This document shows positions 1 through 11,495 of a DNA stretch of 64,000 nt, piece after piece. The notes under the pieces were generated by a model that worked only from the letters and a program-made list of their open reading frames with translations, was not told where the DNA came from and did no database searches. Position 1 is the first letter of the stretch; the number at the start of each line of letters is the position of its first letter. Source of the stretch: Candidatus Latescibacterota bacterium (GTDB lineage Bacteria; Latescibacterota; UBA2968; GCA-2709665). Made by a program: the position numbers and the translations under genes. The stretch is from assembly GCA_965219455.1 (NCBI GenBank), contig OZ244744.1:2848001-2912000 (forward strand). The letters are read 5' to 3'.

Positions 1-887
<887 letters not shown>

Positions 888-922
888 ACTGACAGCCGAC
901 TGCTAACTGACAGCCGACTGCT
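888..922 (+). repeat. Heptamer tandem repeat (RCTGACA/GCCGACT type) forming the 3' exon of the intron
   Basis: ACTGACA GCCGACT GCTA ACTGACA GCCGACT GCT; same family at 6257-6281, 10803-10855, 11440-11468, 19715-19745, 20071-20084/20843-20852, 21139-21157, 27857-27890. Confidence 0.75.
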
Positions 923-1011
923 TTTTTCCATGACCGAAGATAGCGAACATCGCTCTTGTGTCAAGGGGCGTTAAGCCAGGTGCGGCGGGAGTTTTGAGAA
1001 AAGAGACCGAT

Positions 1012-2250
1012 ATGGAGCGGATCAACCTGGGATTGGTGGGTTGCGGCGGCATGGGAACGCGGCACCTCTATGGTCTGCGGACGCTCGCGCAGACGCCGTT
1101 CAACAGGATCGATTTGCGGGCGTTGTGTGACATCAATCCGGACAATGCCAGGATGGCGGCCGCTGAGGCCGGAAAGCTTCTGGGGGTGGAGCCGGCGGTT
1201 TTTGCCGATTTGGAGGCAATGGCCGCCGCGATGCCGGAACTGGATGCCGTCGACGTGGTGACCGATCCTTCGGTCCATCACCAGGTGGCCTGCCGGGCGC
1301 TGGATCTCGGGCTGCACGTGATGGTGGAAAAGCCAATGGCAATTACCGTTCGTGCTTGTCAGATGATGATTCAGGCGGCGGAGCGGAACCGACGCGTATT
1401 GTCCGTGGCGGAAAATTACCGGCGGGATCCCTCGGCGCGGCTGGCGCACCATATGGTGGCCGGCGGAGCGATAGGAGTCCCATACATGGGCCTGTTTCAC
1501 CAGGTGAGCGAGGGGGACCGGATTTTCATAACCCCCTGGCGCCACCTCAAGAATCGCGGTGGACCGCTGGTGGACATGGGGGTGCACTATACCGACCTGA
1601 TTCGCTATCAATTGGGGGATATCCACGAAGTGTACGGCGATGTGCGGCTGGTGGAGCCGGTGCGGCGAAAGGCCGATACGGTGAGGATGCCCTATGCATT
1701 TTACCGGAAACAATTCGAAAACATGGCGCCTGCAGTCCCCGCCGACGCCGAGGATTCGTCGGTGGCGATGTTTCGCATGGCCAATGGCGCCACCGTGAGC
1801 TGGGTGGTTGGTCTGGGAGGATACGGGGGATGCGGAATCCAGTTGATTCTCGGTACGGAAGGATGCGTTGAGGGTTTTGGCACACGCGGCGGACGGGTGC
1901 GGATGCGTCGCGGGCGTGGCGAATTCCAGGCACAGGAGGAAATGCTGGCAGGTGCGGAGGGCTTCGAGCCGGATGCGCTGACGGCTCATTTTTTCCCTAC
2001 GGGGGTAACGGCGGGTGATCGTGAGGTCGACTTGAAGCTTCTTGCCATGGAGTATTACGAGTTGGGCGAGGCCATCGCCGAGGGCAGGGAAGTAGAGGTG
2101 GACGGCACGGAGGGGATGAAGGACGTGGCGGCAGTGTACGGCGTGTTCGAGTCCGCGGTGGCGGGTCGGGCGGTACGGATGGCGGAGGTGGAACGCGGCG
2201 AAATTGACGCGTATCAGGCAGACATAGACGCGGCGCTTGGGATTACCTGA
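1012..2250 (+). CDS. Gfo/Idh/MocA family oxidoreductase
   Basis: GLVGCGGMG Rossmann motif, HVMVEKP, GGPLVDMGVHYTD. Confidence 0.92.
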   Translation: MERINLGLVGCGGMGTRHLYGLRTLAQTPFNRIDLRALCDINPDNARMAAAEAGKLLGVEPAVFADLEAMAAAMPELDAVDVVTDPSVHHQVACRALDLGLHVMVEKPMAITVRACQMMIQAAERNRRVLSVAENYRRDPSARLAHHMVAGGAIGVPYMGLFHQVSEGDRIFITPWRHLKNRGGPLVDMGVHYTDLIRYQLGDIHEVYGDVRLVEPVRRKADTVRMPYAFYRKQFENMAPAVPADAEDSSVAMFRMANGATVSWVVGLGGYGGCGIQLILGTEGCVEGFGTRGGRVRMRRGRGEFQAQEEMLAGAEGFEPDALTAHFFPTGVTAGDREVDLKLLAMEYYELGEAIAEGREVEVDGTEGMKDVAAVYGVFESAVAGRAVRMAEVERGEIDAYQADIDAALGIT

Positions 2251-2262
2251 AAGGAGTGTGAA

Positions 2263-3711
2263 ATGCCGAAAGATCGGCCTAACGTGGTGTTGATCATGAC
2301 GGACCAGCAGCGGGGGGATTGCCTGGGTCTGGATCCGAATGCGCCGGAAGCCTTGCAGACGCCCAACCTGGATTGGCTGGGCGCCACGGGGGCGTTTTTC
2401 GGCCGTGGTTATTCTGAGTGTCCCAGTTGTATACCGGCGAGGCGCTCCCTGATGACGGGTACGGCGCCTGCGGCGAATGGCGTTGTGGGGTTTCAGGGCA
2501 CGGAATGGAAGCCGGCGCACACCCTCGCCGGAGAGCTGTCGAGGGCGGGATACCAGACGGAGATGATCGGGAAGTTACATTTATCGCCATTGCGAAAGCG
2601 GTACGGATTCGACCATATGCAGCTTGCGGATGGCACGCGGGGGAAGGAGAACGACTACGTGGATTGGCTGCGCGAACGCCACGGGCGCGCGGAGGTGGAT
2701 CCCGGTATGGCACACGGGCTTTCGTCAAACGGTTGGGTGGGACGGCCGCACCATCTGCCCGAAGAGCAGATGCATACGTTCTGGTGCGTGGACCGGGCGA
2801 TGGCGTTTCTTCAGAAGCGGGATCCGTCTGCGCCCTTCTTCCTGAATCTCTCCTTCATCGATCCACATCCACCGTTGACGCCGCCGCGGGTCTACTATGA
2901 CCGCTATATCAATCGGACGTTGCCCGAACCCGCTGTAGGAGATTGGGCGCCCGAGTTCGACGGGCCGCGAAAGGGGTTGGATCCGAATTCCTCGGAAATC
3001 TGTCTGAGTGCCCACGATATGCAGTGTGCGCGTGCGGCGTACTACGGGATGGTGAATTTTATCGATGATCAGATCGGAAGGTTGATTCAATTCGCGCGGG
3101 GTATCTTGAATGAGAGTCTCATTATCTTCACCTCAGACCACGGGGAGATGCTCGGGGATCATCGCTTGTTCCGGAAAACGTGGCCCTATGAGGCATCGGC
3201 CCGGGTGCCGTATCTGATCCGGGCGCCGCAGAGCTGGGGGGCGCCGGAATTGGTGACGTGCCAGACACCAGTGGGGCTGCAGGACATCATGCCGACAATT
3301 CTGGATGCCTGCGGCCTGGAGGTGCCGGAAACGTGTACGGGAAGGAGTCTGGTGCCGGTGTTGCGCGGGGAAGCGGATGGCGTCCGCGAGGTATTACATG
3401 GTGAGCACTCGGGATGTTATTCCTATGACCAGGGCAATCACTATGTAACGGATGGGCATCATAAATACGTCTGGTATACACAGACGGGCCGGGAGCACCT
3501 GTTCGACCTGGACGAAGATCCGCTTGAACTGCAAGACCTGGCGTCGGGGGAAGGCGCGGAGGACCGGTTGACCCCATGGCGGAAGCGATTGATCGGGTTT
3601 CTCAAGCGCCGGCCTGAGGGGTTTACGGACGGGGAGAAGTTGATAGCCGGCCGTGAGCATCGATCGGTGATGCCGGGGTACGAGCCGGCGACGGCGTATC
3701 CGTTCCTATAG
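2263..3711 (+). CDS. Cys-type sulfatase (arylsulfatase/choline-sulfatase-like)
   Basis: PNVVLIMTDQQR, CIPARRSLMTG (CxPxR), GKLH, PHPP, SDHGEMLG; AAGGAG RBS. Confidence 0.93.
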   Translation: MPKDRPNVVLIMTDQQRGDCLGLDPNAPEALQTPNLDWLGATGAFFGRGYSECPSCIPARRSLMTGTAPAANGVVGFQGTEWKPAHTLAGELSRAGYQTEMIGKLHLSPLRKRYGFDHMQLADGTRGKENDYVDWLRERHGRAEVDPGMAHGLSSNGWVGRPHHLPEEQMHTFWCVDRAMAFLQKRDPSAPFFLNLSFIDPHPPLTPPRVYYDRYINRTLPEPAVGDWAPEFDGPRKGLDPNSSEICLSAHDMQCARAAYYGMVNFIDDQIGRLIQFARGILNESLIIFTSDHGEMLGDHRLFRKTWPYEASARVPYLIRAPQSWGAPELVTCQTPVGLQDIMPTILDACGLEVPETCTGRSLVPVLRGEADGVREVLHGEHSGCYSYDQGNHYVTDGHHKYVWYTQTGREHLFDLDEDPLELQDLASGEGAEDRLTPWRKRLIGFLKRRPEGFTDGEKLIAGREHRSVMPGYEPATAYPFL

Positions 3712-3904
3712 GACGGTTCTCGCCACGACGAGGGCAAATCGAATATCCCGACTGAACGGCGCGCATGGTTTTGATTGCCGCGGTCGGTCCCGCCCGGTAT
3801 ATTTCGACGGCTGTTTTTGCCCGGCGTTCCGTGCGCCTTTACACATTTCCGGACATCGAGTCGTACCCAGCAGATTATCGCACCAGATAAAGGAGAAGCA
3901 ACGT

Positions 3905-4339
3905 ATGGATTCGTTCAAACGCATCGTTGGCGTCTATCTTATCGTCGTTGCGGCCGTGGTGGCAATCCATACGGTCGCCGAACCCCTGTGTTATACTTCC
4001 ACCGAAGCCAGCCCGTACAGCCCGCATTGGAGCAAGATTAATGCGCTCATGGTGCTGGCGATCGTGTTGGGCGCAATCTTCGGATATATTCGCAAGCGCG
4101 GCGCTGGAAGCGAAGGCGGTGACGCTTCCGTAACCCGTGAATATCTCGAAGCCAACGTGCAATTCTACAGTCTCCTTTTTGTTGGCATTCTTTTTTTCTG
4201 GAACTTCTTCAACCTCCACAGTCCCGGTTTCACGGCCATAGCAATGGAAACGGTTTCCGCGGTGTGGATTGTGATAAACGTCGCCTTGCCGTTGATCCTG
4301 GCAGCAATAGGCATCTCCATGCTTAGAACCGAAAAGTAG
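3905..4339 (+). CDS. Hypothetical 4-TM membrane protein
   Basis: AAGGAG RBS, four hydrophobic segments, 144 aa. Confidence 0.75.
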   Translation: MDSFKRIVGVYLIVVAAVVAIHTVAEPLCYTSTEASPYSPHWSKINALMVLAIVLGAIFGYIRKRGAGSEGGDASVTREYLEANVQFYSLLFVGILFFWNFFNLHSPGFTAIAMETVSAVWIVINVALPLILAAIGISMLRTEK

Positions 4340-4481
4340 CTGTCTGTGAATCGCAACTCTATCATGGCGCCGCTATGATGTATGTTCCGGCTGTGGCGCA
4401 TGATGGGTATATGCAAGGAACAAGAAAAGGCCGTCAGGTGGTCTGTAGCGCAGTCTGACGGCTTTACCGTATTTCGCCGGC

Positions 4482-4877
4482 TCAACTCCTTCTATCGCGC
4501 GCGATAAGCAAGTCGGCAGGGATACCCAGGTTTTTCGTCAGGGCGGCAATTTGGCGAATGGAGAGGGTTCGGGAGCCTTTGAAGAATTCGGAAACACGGC
4601 TTCTGCCACCGAACCATTCGGCGAGATCGGATCGCGAGAGTCCCTTCTGCTCCAGCATAAACTCCACGATCTCCCGGGGATCCATGGTTTCATCGATGGG
4701 AGACCGGGCATCTTCGTACGCATGTACCAAAACGGAAAGAAATTCCAGGCGTTCATATGCTTCTGAACCCGGTTCGGGATCGGCGTCCAGCAGGTCATCG
4801 ATTTCGCGCACTGCCGTGTCGTATTCGGCTTCGTTTCGTAGAACGTGGGGTTTTGTAAAATCGAGAAGCATGGCCAT
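4482..4877 (-). CDS. HigA-like HTH (XRE) antitoxin/transcriptional regulator
   Basis: LRNEAEYD...LEFLSVLVHAYE...FMLEQKGLSRSDL...GGRSRVSE pattern typical of HigA. Confidence 0.85.
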   Translation of the reverse strand: MAMLLDFTKPHVLRNEAEYDTAVREIDDLLDADPEPGSEAYERLEFLSVLVHAYEDARSPIDETMDPREIVEFMLEQKGLSRSDLAEWFGGRSRVSEFFKGSRTLSIRQIAALTKNLGIPADLLIARDRRS

Positions 4878-4889
4878 ATCCGATTCCTT

Positions 4890-5804
4890 TTAAATTGCAA
4901 TGCGGTGATTTCTTGATTTTTTTTTCGATCTCGAACCGAGCCGTTGGATCAGCAGGCCGGCGACAATGAGAATCAGCCCGATCGGGGTGGAAGGCAGGAT
5001 TTCTTCGCCCACCAGGAAGTGGATGAAGATCAGGGAGACGAACGGAGAGATGAAGATCAGGTTGGCAACTCTGGCCGTAGTTTCCGAGAGTCGTAGCGCG
5101 ACCAGCCAGAAAACGAAGGCGATGCCCATTTCGAAAACGCCGACGTATGCGGCGCCCATCAGGCCGTAGAGATTGGTAGTTTGGAGATCCGAAAAGACAA
5201 GGCAGAGTACGATAATAAACGGCAGGGCAAACGTGAAGTTGAGAAAAAGGCCGACTACGGCGTCCCGGTCATCCCGCGTGTTGTAGATCCAGTACAACGC
5301 CCATACGATCGTGCTGGCGAGGGCCAGGGTGACGCCGAGGGGGTCCGAGAGCCGGAAATCCAGGACGTTGCCGCGCGTGGAGATCACCAGGACGCCGGCA
5401 TAACACACGAACCCGGCAAGGATTTCCTGTGGTTTTATGCGCTGTTTTAAAAGCGGAATGGACAGGAGCGAGAGCGTAATGGCCCAGGTGTAGTTCAGGG
5501 GCTGAGCTTCCTGAGCGGGCAGAAGATCGTAAGCTTTGAAGAGGATCACGTAGTAGAGGCATGGGTTGAGCAGGCCGAGAAGGAGCGACTTCAAATATTG
5601 TTGTTTTGAGTACGAAAAAACGAGGCGCAGTTTGCCCTGGATGACGACAATGAGCCCCAGGGTACACGTGGAAGCCAGGCCGGCATAGAAGAGAAGTTGA
5701 AGGGGGTCCAGATATCGGAGGGAGATCTTGAAGGCGGAGGCGACGGTCGACCAGAGAAGAACCGTGGCTATGGCGAAGAGGTAGGCTTTATTCTGGTCGC
5801 GCAT
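4890..5804 (-). CDS. DMT/EamA family transporter
   Basis: About 10 TM helices, LLWSTVASAFK, AQPLNYTW. Confidence 0.9.
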   Translation of the reverse strand: MRDQNKAYLFAIATVLLWSTVASAFKISLRYLDPLQLLFYAGLASTCTLGLIVVIQGKLRLVFSYSKQQYLKSLLLGLLNPCLYYVILFKAYDLLPAQEAQPLNYTWAITLSLLSIPLLKQRIKPQEILAGFVCYAGVLVISTRGNVLDFRLSDPLGVTLALASTIVWALYWIYNTRDDRDAVVGLFLNFTFALPFIIVLCLVFSDLQTTNLYGLMGAAYVGVFEMGIAFVFWLVALRLSETTARVANLIFISPFVSLIFIHFLVGEEILPSTPIGLILIVAGLLIQRLGSRSKKKSRNHRIAI

Positions 5805-5894
5805 CAAGGGCTGGGAACTGTAACACTTTCATAGTGCAGAGTAAGGATCTGAGGATGTTTACCACCCCGCCCCCCTCACTTCAATCAATTCTCA

Positions 5895-6128
5895 TTTTTT
5901 CTTCGTCCTTTTTCTTATTCGCGTAAGAAAAAGGACCAAAAAGAACCGCGCCGTTCGGCACGGGGCCGGTTTTTCCGTGAATCACTTCTGGGGCACGAAT
6001 GTCAATTAGCCGTCCTACGAGCCCTCCTGGAACCCCGGCCGACGGTGATGAACGGAATAACACGGAAAAACCCCCCACGCCACCACCGGATGGCCATGAG
6101 GTATACCGCGAAGGCGTTTTGAACGTGT
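5895..6128 (+). repeat. Dispersed ~235 bp structured intergenic element, copy 1
   Basis: GTCCTTTTTCTT..AAGAAAAAGGAC hairpin and long-range TTTTTCCGTG/CACGGAAAAA stem; homologs at 11076-11270, 14080-14310, 19797-19932. Confidence 0.85.
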
Positions 6129-6206
6129 TTTCGGTCTTGGGGCCAGTCCAAAATTAAATCTATACGTCGTAACGTATCGTAATGATTCCGGACGGATCAA
6201 CGCTTG

Positions 6207-6250
6207 TCTCCCCCTTTCCTTTAGGAGAGGGGGCCGGGGGGAGAGGTCCC
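6207..6250. repeat. REP-like GC-rich palindrome (CCCCTTTCCTTTAGGAGAGGGGGCCGGGGGGAGAGG family)
   Basis: Near-identical copy at ~23964-24007; related units at 23853-23960 and 28275-28312. Confidence 0.75.
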
Positions 6251-6294
6251 GCTTTTAGCTGACAGCTGAAGGCTGACAGCCAATGGCATTATTT

Positions 6295-7230
6295 TTATTC
6301 CTTTTCCACCTTGTCCAGTTTCCGTTCGTAACTCATGTTGATTTCGGCGCGGATGTTGTCCACGGGTTTCTTGTGGTCTACACGCCTTACCTGGGGGCGC
6401 GTGAAGTTCATCCGTACCTTTTGGGACAGCACGATTCCACGGTCCGTGTCGATGACCCAGGTGCTTTTACCTTCTCCGGTTCCGTCGACGACCAGAAACA
6501 GAGAGCCAATATTGACAGGCGCTCTGAAACGGACGTCTCTGTCTTCCTCGAACGTGACAATTTTATTTCCCTTTTTGGTGGCGATATTTTTCACCTTGTA
6601 TGTGCTCTTGAGTTCCACGATGGCGTCGTCATCGAGCCGCAGGACCGGGGTTTTGAAATTCAGTTCGCCCGTCCAGGTGTCGCCGGGGCCGACCGGCTCC
6701 GGCGGAAGGACGGGCTGAAATTCGGGCGCCCAGACCTGCCAGATATCCGTGAGAATGTCCGGACGGTTGAGTTCTGCCGGGGAAAAATTGGGTGAAAACC
6801 GCTGAATCGTTCCATCCGAAGACAGAATCCAGGTGAGTTGCCGGTCGTCCAGTTGATCCAGCGTATAGGGAAACTGGTCGTAAGTGAGGCGTTTCCGCTC
6901 GAAGAAGAAACCGCTGAAGGCTTTGCTTAAGGTTGCGACAATGCGCGTGGTTTGCACATCGGATTCACCGTCCGTACCGGTTTGCGTGATTTCCCGGCTT
7001 TGCCATTCGCCCCTGATCTCGCCGGAGGTATTTCCGCGATTGGTGCGTCCGGGAACGAGCATTTCGGCGCGGTCGCTCTTGTAGGAAAAGGAATATTTGT
7101 GTTTGTACTTGACGGTACGGCCGTCGGGATAGGACAGGCGAACGGCGACCTTGTCGGCAGCCCGCGTGGAAGTGCCCATCGACAACAGAAAAACAAGACA
7201 CGGGACCAGACATCTGGTAGTAGATTTCAT
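6295..7230 (-). CDS. Hypothetical exported beta-rich protein
   Basis: GGAGG RBS before ATG 7230; signal-peptide-like MKSTTRCLVPCLVFLLSMGTSTRA. Confidence 0.8.
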   Translation of the reverse strand: MKSTTRCLVPCLVFLLSMGTSTRAADKVAVRLSYPDGRTVKYKHKYSFSYKSDRAEMLVPGRTNRGNTSGEIRGEWQSREITQTGTDGESDVQTTRIVATLSKAFSGFFFERKRLTYDQFPYTLDQLDDRQLTWILSSDGTIQRFSPNFSPAELNRPDILTDIWQVWAPEFQPVLPPEPVGPGDTWTGELNFKTPVLRLDDDAIVELKSTYKVKNIATKKGNKIVTFEEDRDVRFRAPVNIGSLFLVVDGTGEGKSTWVIDTDRGIVLSQKVRMNFTRPQVRRVDHKKPVDNIRAEINMSYERKLDKVEKE

Positions 7231-7259
7231 ATGAAAGCCTCCTATGTTTAGGATCCGGT

Positions 7260-8513
7260 TTACTTGAAAAGAAGCCCGAAATAGAAAAGGGGGCTGAAGA
7301 GTTTTTTCTTGGGAACGGCGTTGGCGATCATGCCGGTTATAAGATCGCTGATTTGCTGACTGTGCGCCGCCTTTTGGATGACAAGATTCAGCAGCGGCCG
7401 CCATCGGCCCAGGTCCTGCAAGCGCTTGCTGGTTTTGAGTTCGTCGCCAATGGCGTCCCAGAGGCGGTCTTCGTAACGTTTCAAAAAGGCTTCGCTGAAG
7501 TCGTTCGCCGTTCTGGCTTCGGCGGCGACCTGTGCGGCAAACCGGGCGGCGTACAGGGCGTTGCCGATGCCCTCCCCCGTGAAGGGGTCGATCAGCCCGG
7601 CGGCGTCGCCGAGAAGCATGAATCCGTTGCCATAACTCTTCCTTCGGATGCTGCCGATGGGCAGATTCCATCCGATGGGTTCTTCCATGGCGCGCGCATT
7701 CGCGAACCGCCGGTCGAAGGGCGGGCGGTTGATTACTTTCTGAAGCGCCTCCTTCAGATTGACTCTGCGGCGCTTGAGGCTGCTGTGCAGCATGCCGATG
7801 CCGACGTTTGCATAGCCGTTCTCAAGGGGGAAGGCCCAGAAGTATCCCGGCAGGACTTCATTGACGAAGTGAAGTTCGATCTGGTCCTTCAGTCCCGTCA
7901 CGTTCTCGTAGTAGCAACGCAGGGCGACAACCCAGTGCCGGCCGTCGTGGCGATATTGACCCGTTCGTCGGGCGACGATGGAGTTGAAACCATCACAACC
8001 CATGACCAGGTTGGCGCGGTAGGTACGCTGTTGTCCTTCGCAGGTACCGGTTACCCCCTTGACGGTTCCGTTCTCCCGGACAAGGTCCTTTACCGTAAAT
8101 CCTTCGATGCAGGCATCGACGCATCTCCGGGCTTCCCGGAACAGAAAGGCGTCGAAAACCGTCCGGCGGATGACAAATCCCTCCATGGGGATATCCCGAC
8201 CGGTACCGATGTCGTGAAGGGTATGCCGCTCCAGGTTGATACAGGCATCCACGTGATTCGGGCTGCTGAATACGATCTTGTTGATGAACGCGCCGGGCAG
8301 ATTCCGGATCTTTTCAAGCAGGCCGAGTTCGAGCAGTATGGCAACGGCTTTTCCCGACAGGGCGTCGCCGCAAACCTTGTCTCGGGGGAAGGTGGACTTG
8401 TCCAGCAAAAGCGTCTTGAGACCGTGTCGGGCAGCGTACAGGGCGGTTGCGGCGCCCGCCGGGCCTGCGCCCACGATAATCAAATCATAGTTCGTTCGTT
8501 GAGGGTCCGACAT
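7260..8513 (-). CDS. Geranylgeranyl reductase family FAD-dependent oxidoreductase
   Basis: IIVGAGPAG, FPRDKVCGD, GYFWAFP, GDAAGLIDPFTGEGI. Confidence 0.92.
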   Translation of the reverse strand: MSDPQRTNYDLIIVGAGPAGAATALYAARHGLKTLLLDKSTFPRDKVCGDALSGKAVAILLELGLLEKIRNLPGAFINKIVFSSPNHVDACINLERHTLHDIGTGRDIPMEGFVIRRTVFDAFLFREARRCVDACIEGFTVKDLVRENGTVKGVTGTCEGQQRTYRANLVMGCDGFNSIVARRTGQYRHDGRHWVVALRCYYENVTGLKDQIELHFVNEVLPGYFWAFPLENGYANVGIGMLHSSLKRRRVNLKEALQKVINRPPFDRRFANARAMEEPIGWNLPIGSIRRKSYGNGFMLLGDAAGLIDPFTGEGIGNALYAARFAAQVAAEARTANDFSEAFLKRYEDRLWDAIGDELKTSKRLQDLGRWRPLLNLVIQKAAHSQQISDLITGMIANAVPKKKLFSPLFYFGLLFK

Positions 8514-8622
8514 AGAGTCTCAGGATCGCGACGGCGATAGATTCAAGCTACGGTACCTGTTAACATATCCTTATCGTGCGGATGCGTCAAGCGAGAAAAC
8601 CTGTCGACGGAGCCGGAGGAAC

Positions 8623-10803
8623 GTGGCCTTGAGCAAGAAACGGACGAGACATACGAAACGGCAATCAACAGTCGGCTTCCGCAAGCCCGCCACCGTCGCC
8701 GCCGTGTTTTTGGGGCTGCACGTCCTTCTCGCGTTCTGGCGTCCCAACCCCTTCTGGGGTGCGGATTTCCTGTACTATTATTCCGACCCTCAGCGGACTG
8801 TTTTCATCCTGTTTGCGATACTCGTTTTCGTCCTGTGCGTGCTGGCTCGTGCCCACGCCTGGCTCGCAATGTTTCCTGCCACCCTCTGGGGCAACGGCGC
8901 CCGCACCTGGTTGACCCGCATTCTGGTGATGCTCCTTGCGCTGGCGGGCTTCGTTGCGCTACAGTCCTCGCGGCATCTCCTGGGCGACGGGTACCTTTAC
9001 CTGCGGGAATTGGACGCCGGTATCTGGCAACGCGTCGACCGGGCGCCGCTCACTTTCGATCTGATTCGACTTCTGCATCACGCCGGCGCCGCGGTCTGGC
9101 AAACCGCCGAGAACACGTACCGTGTATACAGCTATACCTCCGGTCTCCTGTACGTCCTGCTCGCCTTCGCCACGGCCGGCGTCCTTGGAAGGAACAACCG
9201 CGAAAAAACCGTGGTATTCGCCTTCCTCGTTACGGCCGGATACGTACAACTCTTCTTTGGTTACGTGGAAAACTACGCCTTTTACATGCCGGCCAGTCTA
9301 CTCTACCTGCTTGCCGGTCTTCGATGCCTGGCCAACCGCGCGCCCCTCTACGTGCCCGCGCTCGTACTCGGTCTGCTCATTCCGTTCCACTTTTTGTTTG
9401 TCCTCTTCGCACCCTCCCTTCTCATCCTTGCGTATTGCGGGTATCGGCGCAGTGGCGCCTCATCGCCACGATGGATAAACGTTTTGGCAAATATAGCCGC
9501 GCTGTGCACCGCCCCGTTTACCGCGGTGCTGCTCCTTTGGACCGCGGGCTTCGACTTCGCTGCCTTTCTGGCGCGGACCGGCGGAAAACACCACATACTC
9601 CCCCTTTTTTCGGAACCTGGATTTCACGTACCCTACAGCCTCGCCTCGATATCTCACGTACTCGACTTCATCAACCTTCAGATCCTTTCGGCCCCCGCCG
9701 CGTTGATGGCGCTGTTCCTGTTCGGCAGGAAAGACTTTCGACACCATCCCTTCCTCCTTGCCGCCGCCGCCGTCCCGCTCTTCTTCACGTTTATCGCCAA
9801 CCCCGAGATCGGCGCCTTCAGAGACTGGGACATTCTGGCGCTTCCGGCCATGCCGCTCACGCTCTGGGCCGCATCGGCGCTGCTGGCGCGCAGGCGTCAG
9901 GACGAATTGCGGTTCCGAAACGTCTCCGTGATCTGCGCCGCGGCCGCCCTGCACACCATGCTGTGGATCGGCGTGAACGCCAACCCCGCGGCCGCCGAGG
10001 CGCGGTACGCGCACCTCATGGGCCGGCTGAGCGGACATGCCGCCTCGTACGGATGGGAAACACTTGGCACATACCACCGGCTGCGGGGAAAAACGGTACC
10101 CGCGCTCAACGCCTACAGGCGCGCGCTCGAAGCGAGCCCGAAAAACCCCAGACACTGGTTGTCGGTCGGGATCATCTACTGCGACCTCGGGCAGGCGGAG
10201 CGTGGGATCGACCACCTCAGAAAAGCGGTGGAGATCCAACCCGACCTCGCTGAGGCGCATATCAATCTGGGTGCTGCCTATCTGGGAACCGGGCGTCACG
10301 GGGCAGCGGTAGATCACCTCGAGAAAGCCGTTGAACTCCAACCGGAGGCCGCGATCACATATGTCAACCTCGGCGCCGCCTACAACGAGATGGGCAGGCA
10401 CGGCAAAGCCCTCGGCCCGCTCAATAAAGCTCTTGAGATACAACCCGGACACGCGGGCGCGCATGTCAATCTCGGCGCGGCCTACCATGGTCTTGGCCGG
10501 TACGAGGAGGCAGTCGAATACCTGAAGAAAGCAATTGAGCTCCAGCCCGCGCTGGGCAGCGCTCAGACCTATCTGAACATCGGCGGAACGTATCACAGCA
10601 TGGGTCAGTACGATAAGGCGATCCCGTACCTTCAAAGAGCCATTCAAATCAATCCCCGGTTCCCGAACGCCTACTTTAACCTGGGCCTTGCCTACGGCGC
10701 TCTGAACCGCATGGAGGAAGCCAGAGCCAACCTGCAGAAAGCCCTGGAACTGAATCCCGACGATCCGCAGGCCCCGATGATCAGACAGTTACTGAGGCAA
10801 TGA
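8623..10803 (+). CDS. Multi-pass membrane protein with C-terminal TPR array
   Basis: More than 10 TM segments followed by ~8 TPRs (AHINLGAAY...AIELQP). Confidence 0.87.
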   Translation: MALSKKRTRHTKRQSTVGFRKPATVAAVFLGLHVLLAFWRPNPFWGADFLYYYSDPQRTVFILFAILVFVLCVLARAHAWLAMFPATLWGNGARTWLTRILVMLLALAGFVALQSSRHLLGDGYLYLRELDAGIWQRVDRAPLTFDLIRLLHHAGAAVWQTAENTYRVYSYTSGLLYVLLAFATAGVLGRNNREKTVVFAFLVTAGYVQLFFGYVENYAFYMPASLLYLLAGLRCLANRAPLYVPALVLGLLIPFHFLFVLFAPSLLILAYCGYRRSGASSPRWINVLANIAALCTAPFTAVLLLWTAGFDFAAFLARTGGKHHILPLFSEPGFHVPYSLASISHVLDFINLQILSAPAALMALFLFGRKDFRHHPFLLAAAAVPLFFTFIANPEIGAFRDWDILALPAMPLTLWAASALLARRRQDELRFRNVSVICAAAALHTMLWIGVNANPAAAEARYAHLMGRLSGHAASYGWETLGTYHRLRGKTVPALNAYRRALEASPKNPRHWLSVGIIYCDLGQAERGIDHLRKAVEIQPDLAEAHINLGAAYLGTGRHGAAVDHLEKAVELQPEAAITYVNLGAAYNEMGRHGKALGPLNKALEIQPGHAGAHVNLGAAYHGLGRYEEAVEYLKKAIELQPALGSAQTYLNIGGTYHSMGQYDKAIPYLQRAIQINPRFPNAYFNLGLAYGALNRMEEARANLQKALELNPDDPQAPMIRQLLRQ

Positions 10804-10855
10804 GCTATCAGCGGTCAGTAATCAGCCGTCAGCAATCAGCGGTCAGCCAACAGCA
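10803..10855 (+). repeat. Heptamer tandem repeat (GCTATCA/GCGGTCA/GCAATCA)
   Basis: gctatca gcggtca gtaatca gccgtca gcaatca gcggtca gccaaca. Confidence 0.85.
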
Positions 10856-10891
10856 ATTGACCGCTCTTGTCTACGCATCAACGACAAATTC

Positions 10892-10916
10892 GTAGGGGCA
10901 ACCCTTGTGGTTGCCC
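10892..10916 (+). repeat. GTAG-type REP palindrome
   Basis: GTAGGGGCAACCCTTGTGGTTGCCC; copies at 11356-11380 and 19989-20011, relatives at 21190-21213 and within 27830-28280. Confidence 0.85.
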
Positions 10917-11075
10917 GCGTCGTGGCGGGCATGTCGCCGATTTACATCGCGATGCCGTATCGATGTCCGGTGGCCGCGGGGCGGCCTTCTTACGTCTCCC
11001 GTCTCCCCTCTCACCTTTTGCAGATTTATGGAACTGCGTTCCGGGCGGACACAGACTTCACCTCTCACTTCATCC

Positions 11076-11270
11076 TTTTTTCTTCTTCGTCCTTTTTCTT
11101 ATCCGCGTAAGAAAAAGGACCAAAAAGAACCGCGCCGCTCAAACGCCGCGGGGCTGCTTTTCCGCGAACCACCTCGAAGGCCGAAACCGGAGGCTGTGCC
11201 CTGCGTGCCTCATTGACATCACGAAGCAAAGGTGGTGAACGGAATAACGCGGAAAAGCCCCCACCCTGCA
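11076..11270 (+). repeat. Dispersed structured element, copy 2 (diverged)
   Basis: Same terminal hairpin as 5905-5936; long stem reads TTTTCCGCG/CGCGGAAAA. Confidence 0.78.
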
Positions 11271-11495
11271 ACCGGTCGCATCTTGGGCAAAATGCACGAT
11301 TGGGCGAGAGGAGGACCCATGAAATCGCAGACCATTCCGCGCAGGATTCTAGTTTGTAGGGGCAACCCTTGTGGTTGCCCACATAATGGCGTTGACATCG
11401 GCAATTGATGTCGCCAGACCATATCGCGAACCGGTTTTAGCTGACTACTGTTTACTGACAGCTGACAATTGTTTTTCCTGACATTGGTGATTTAC

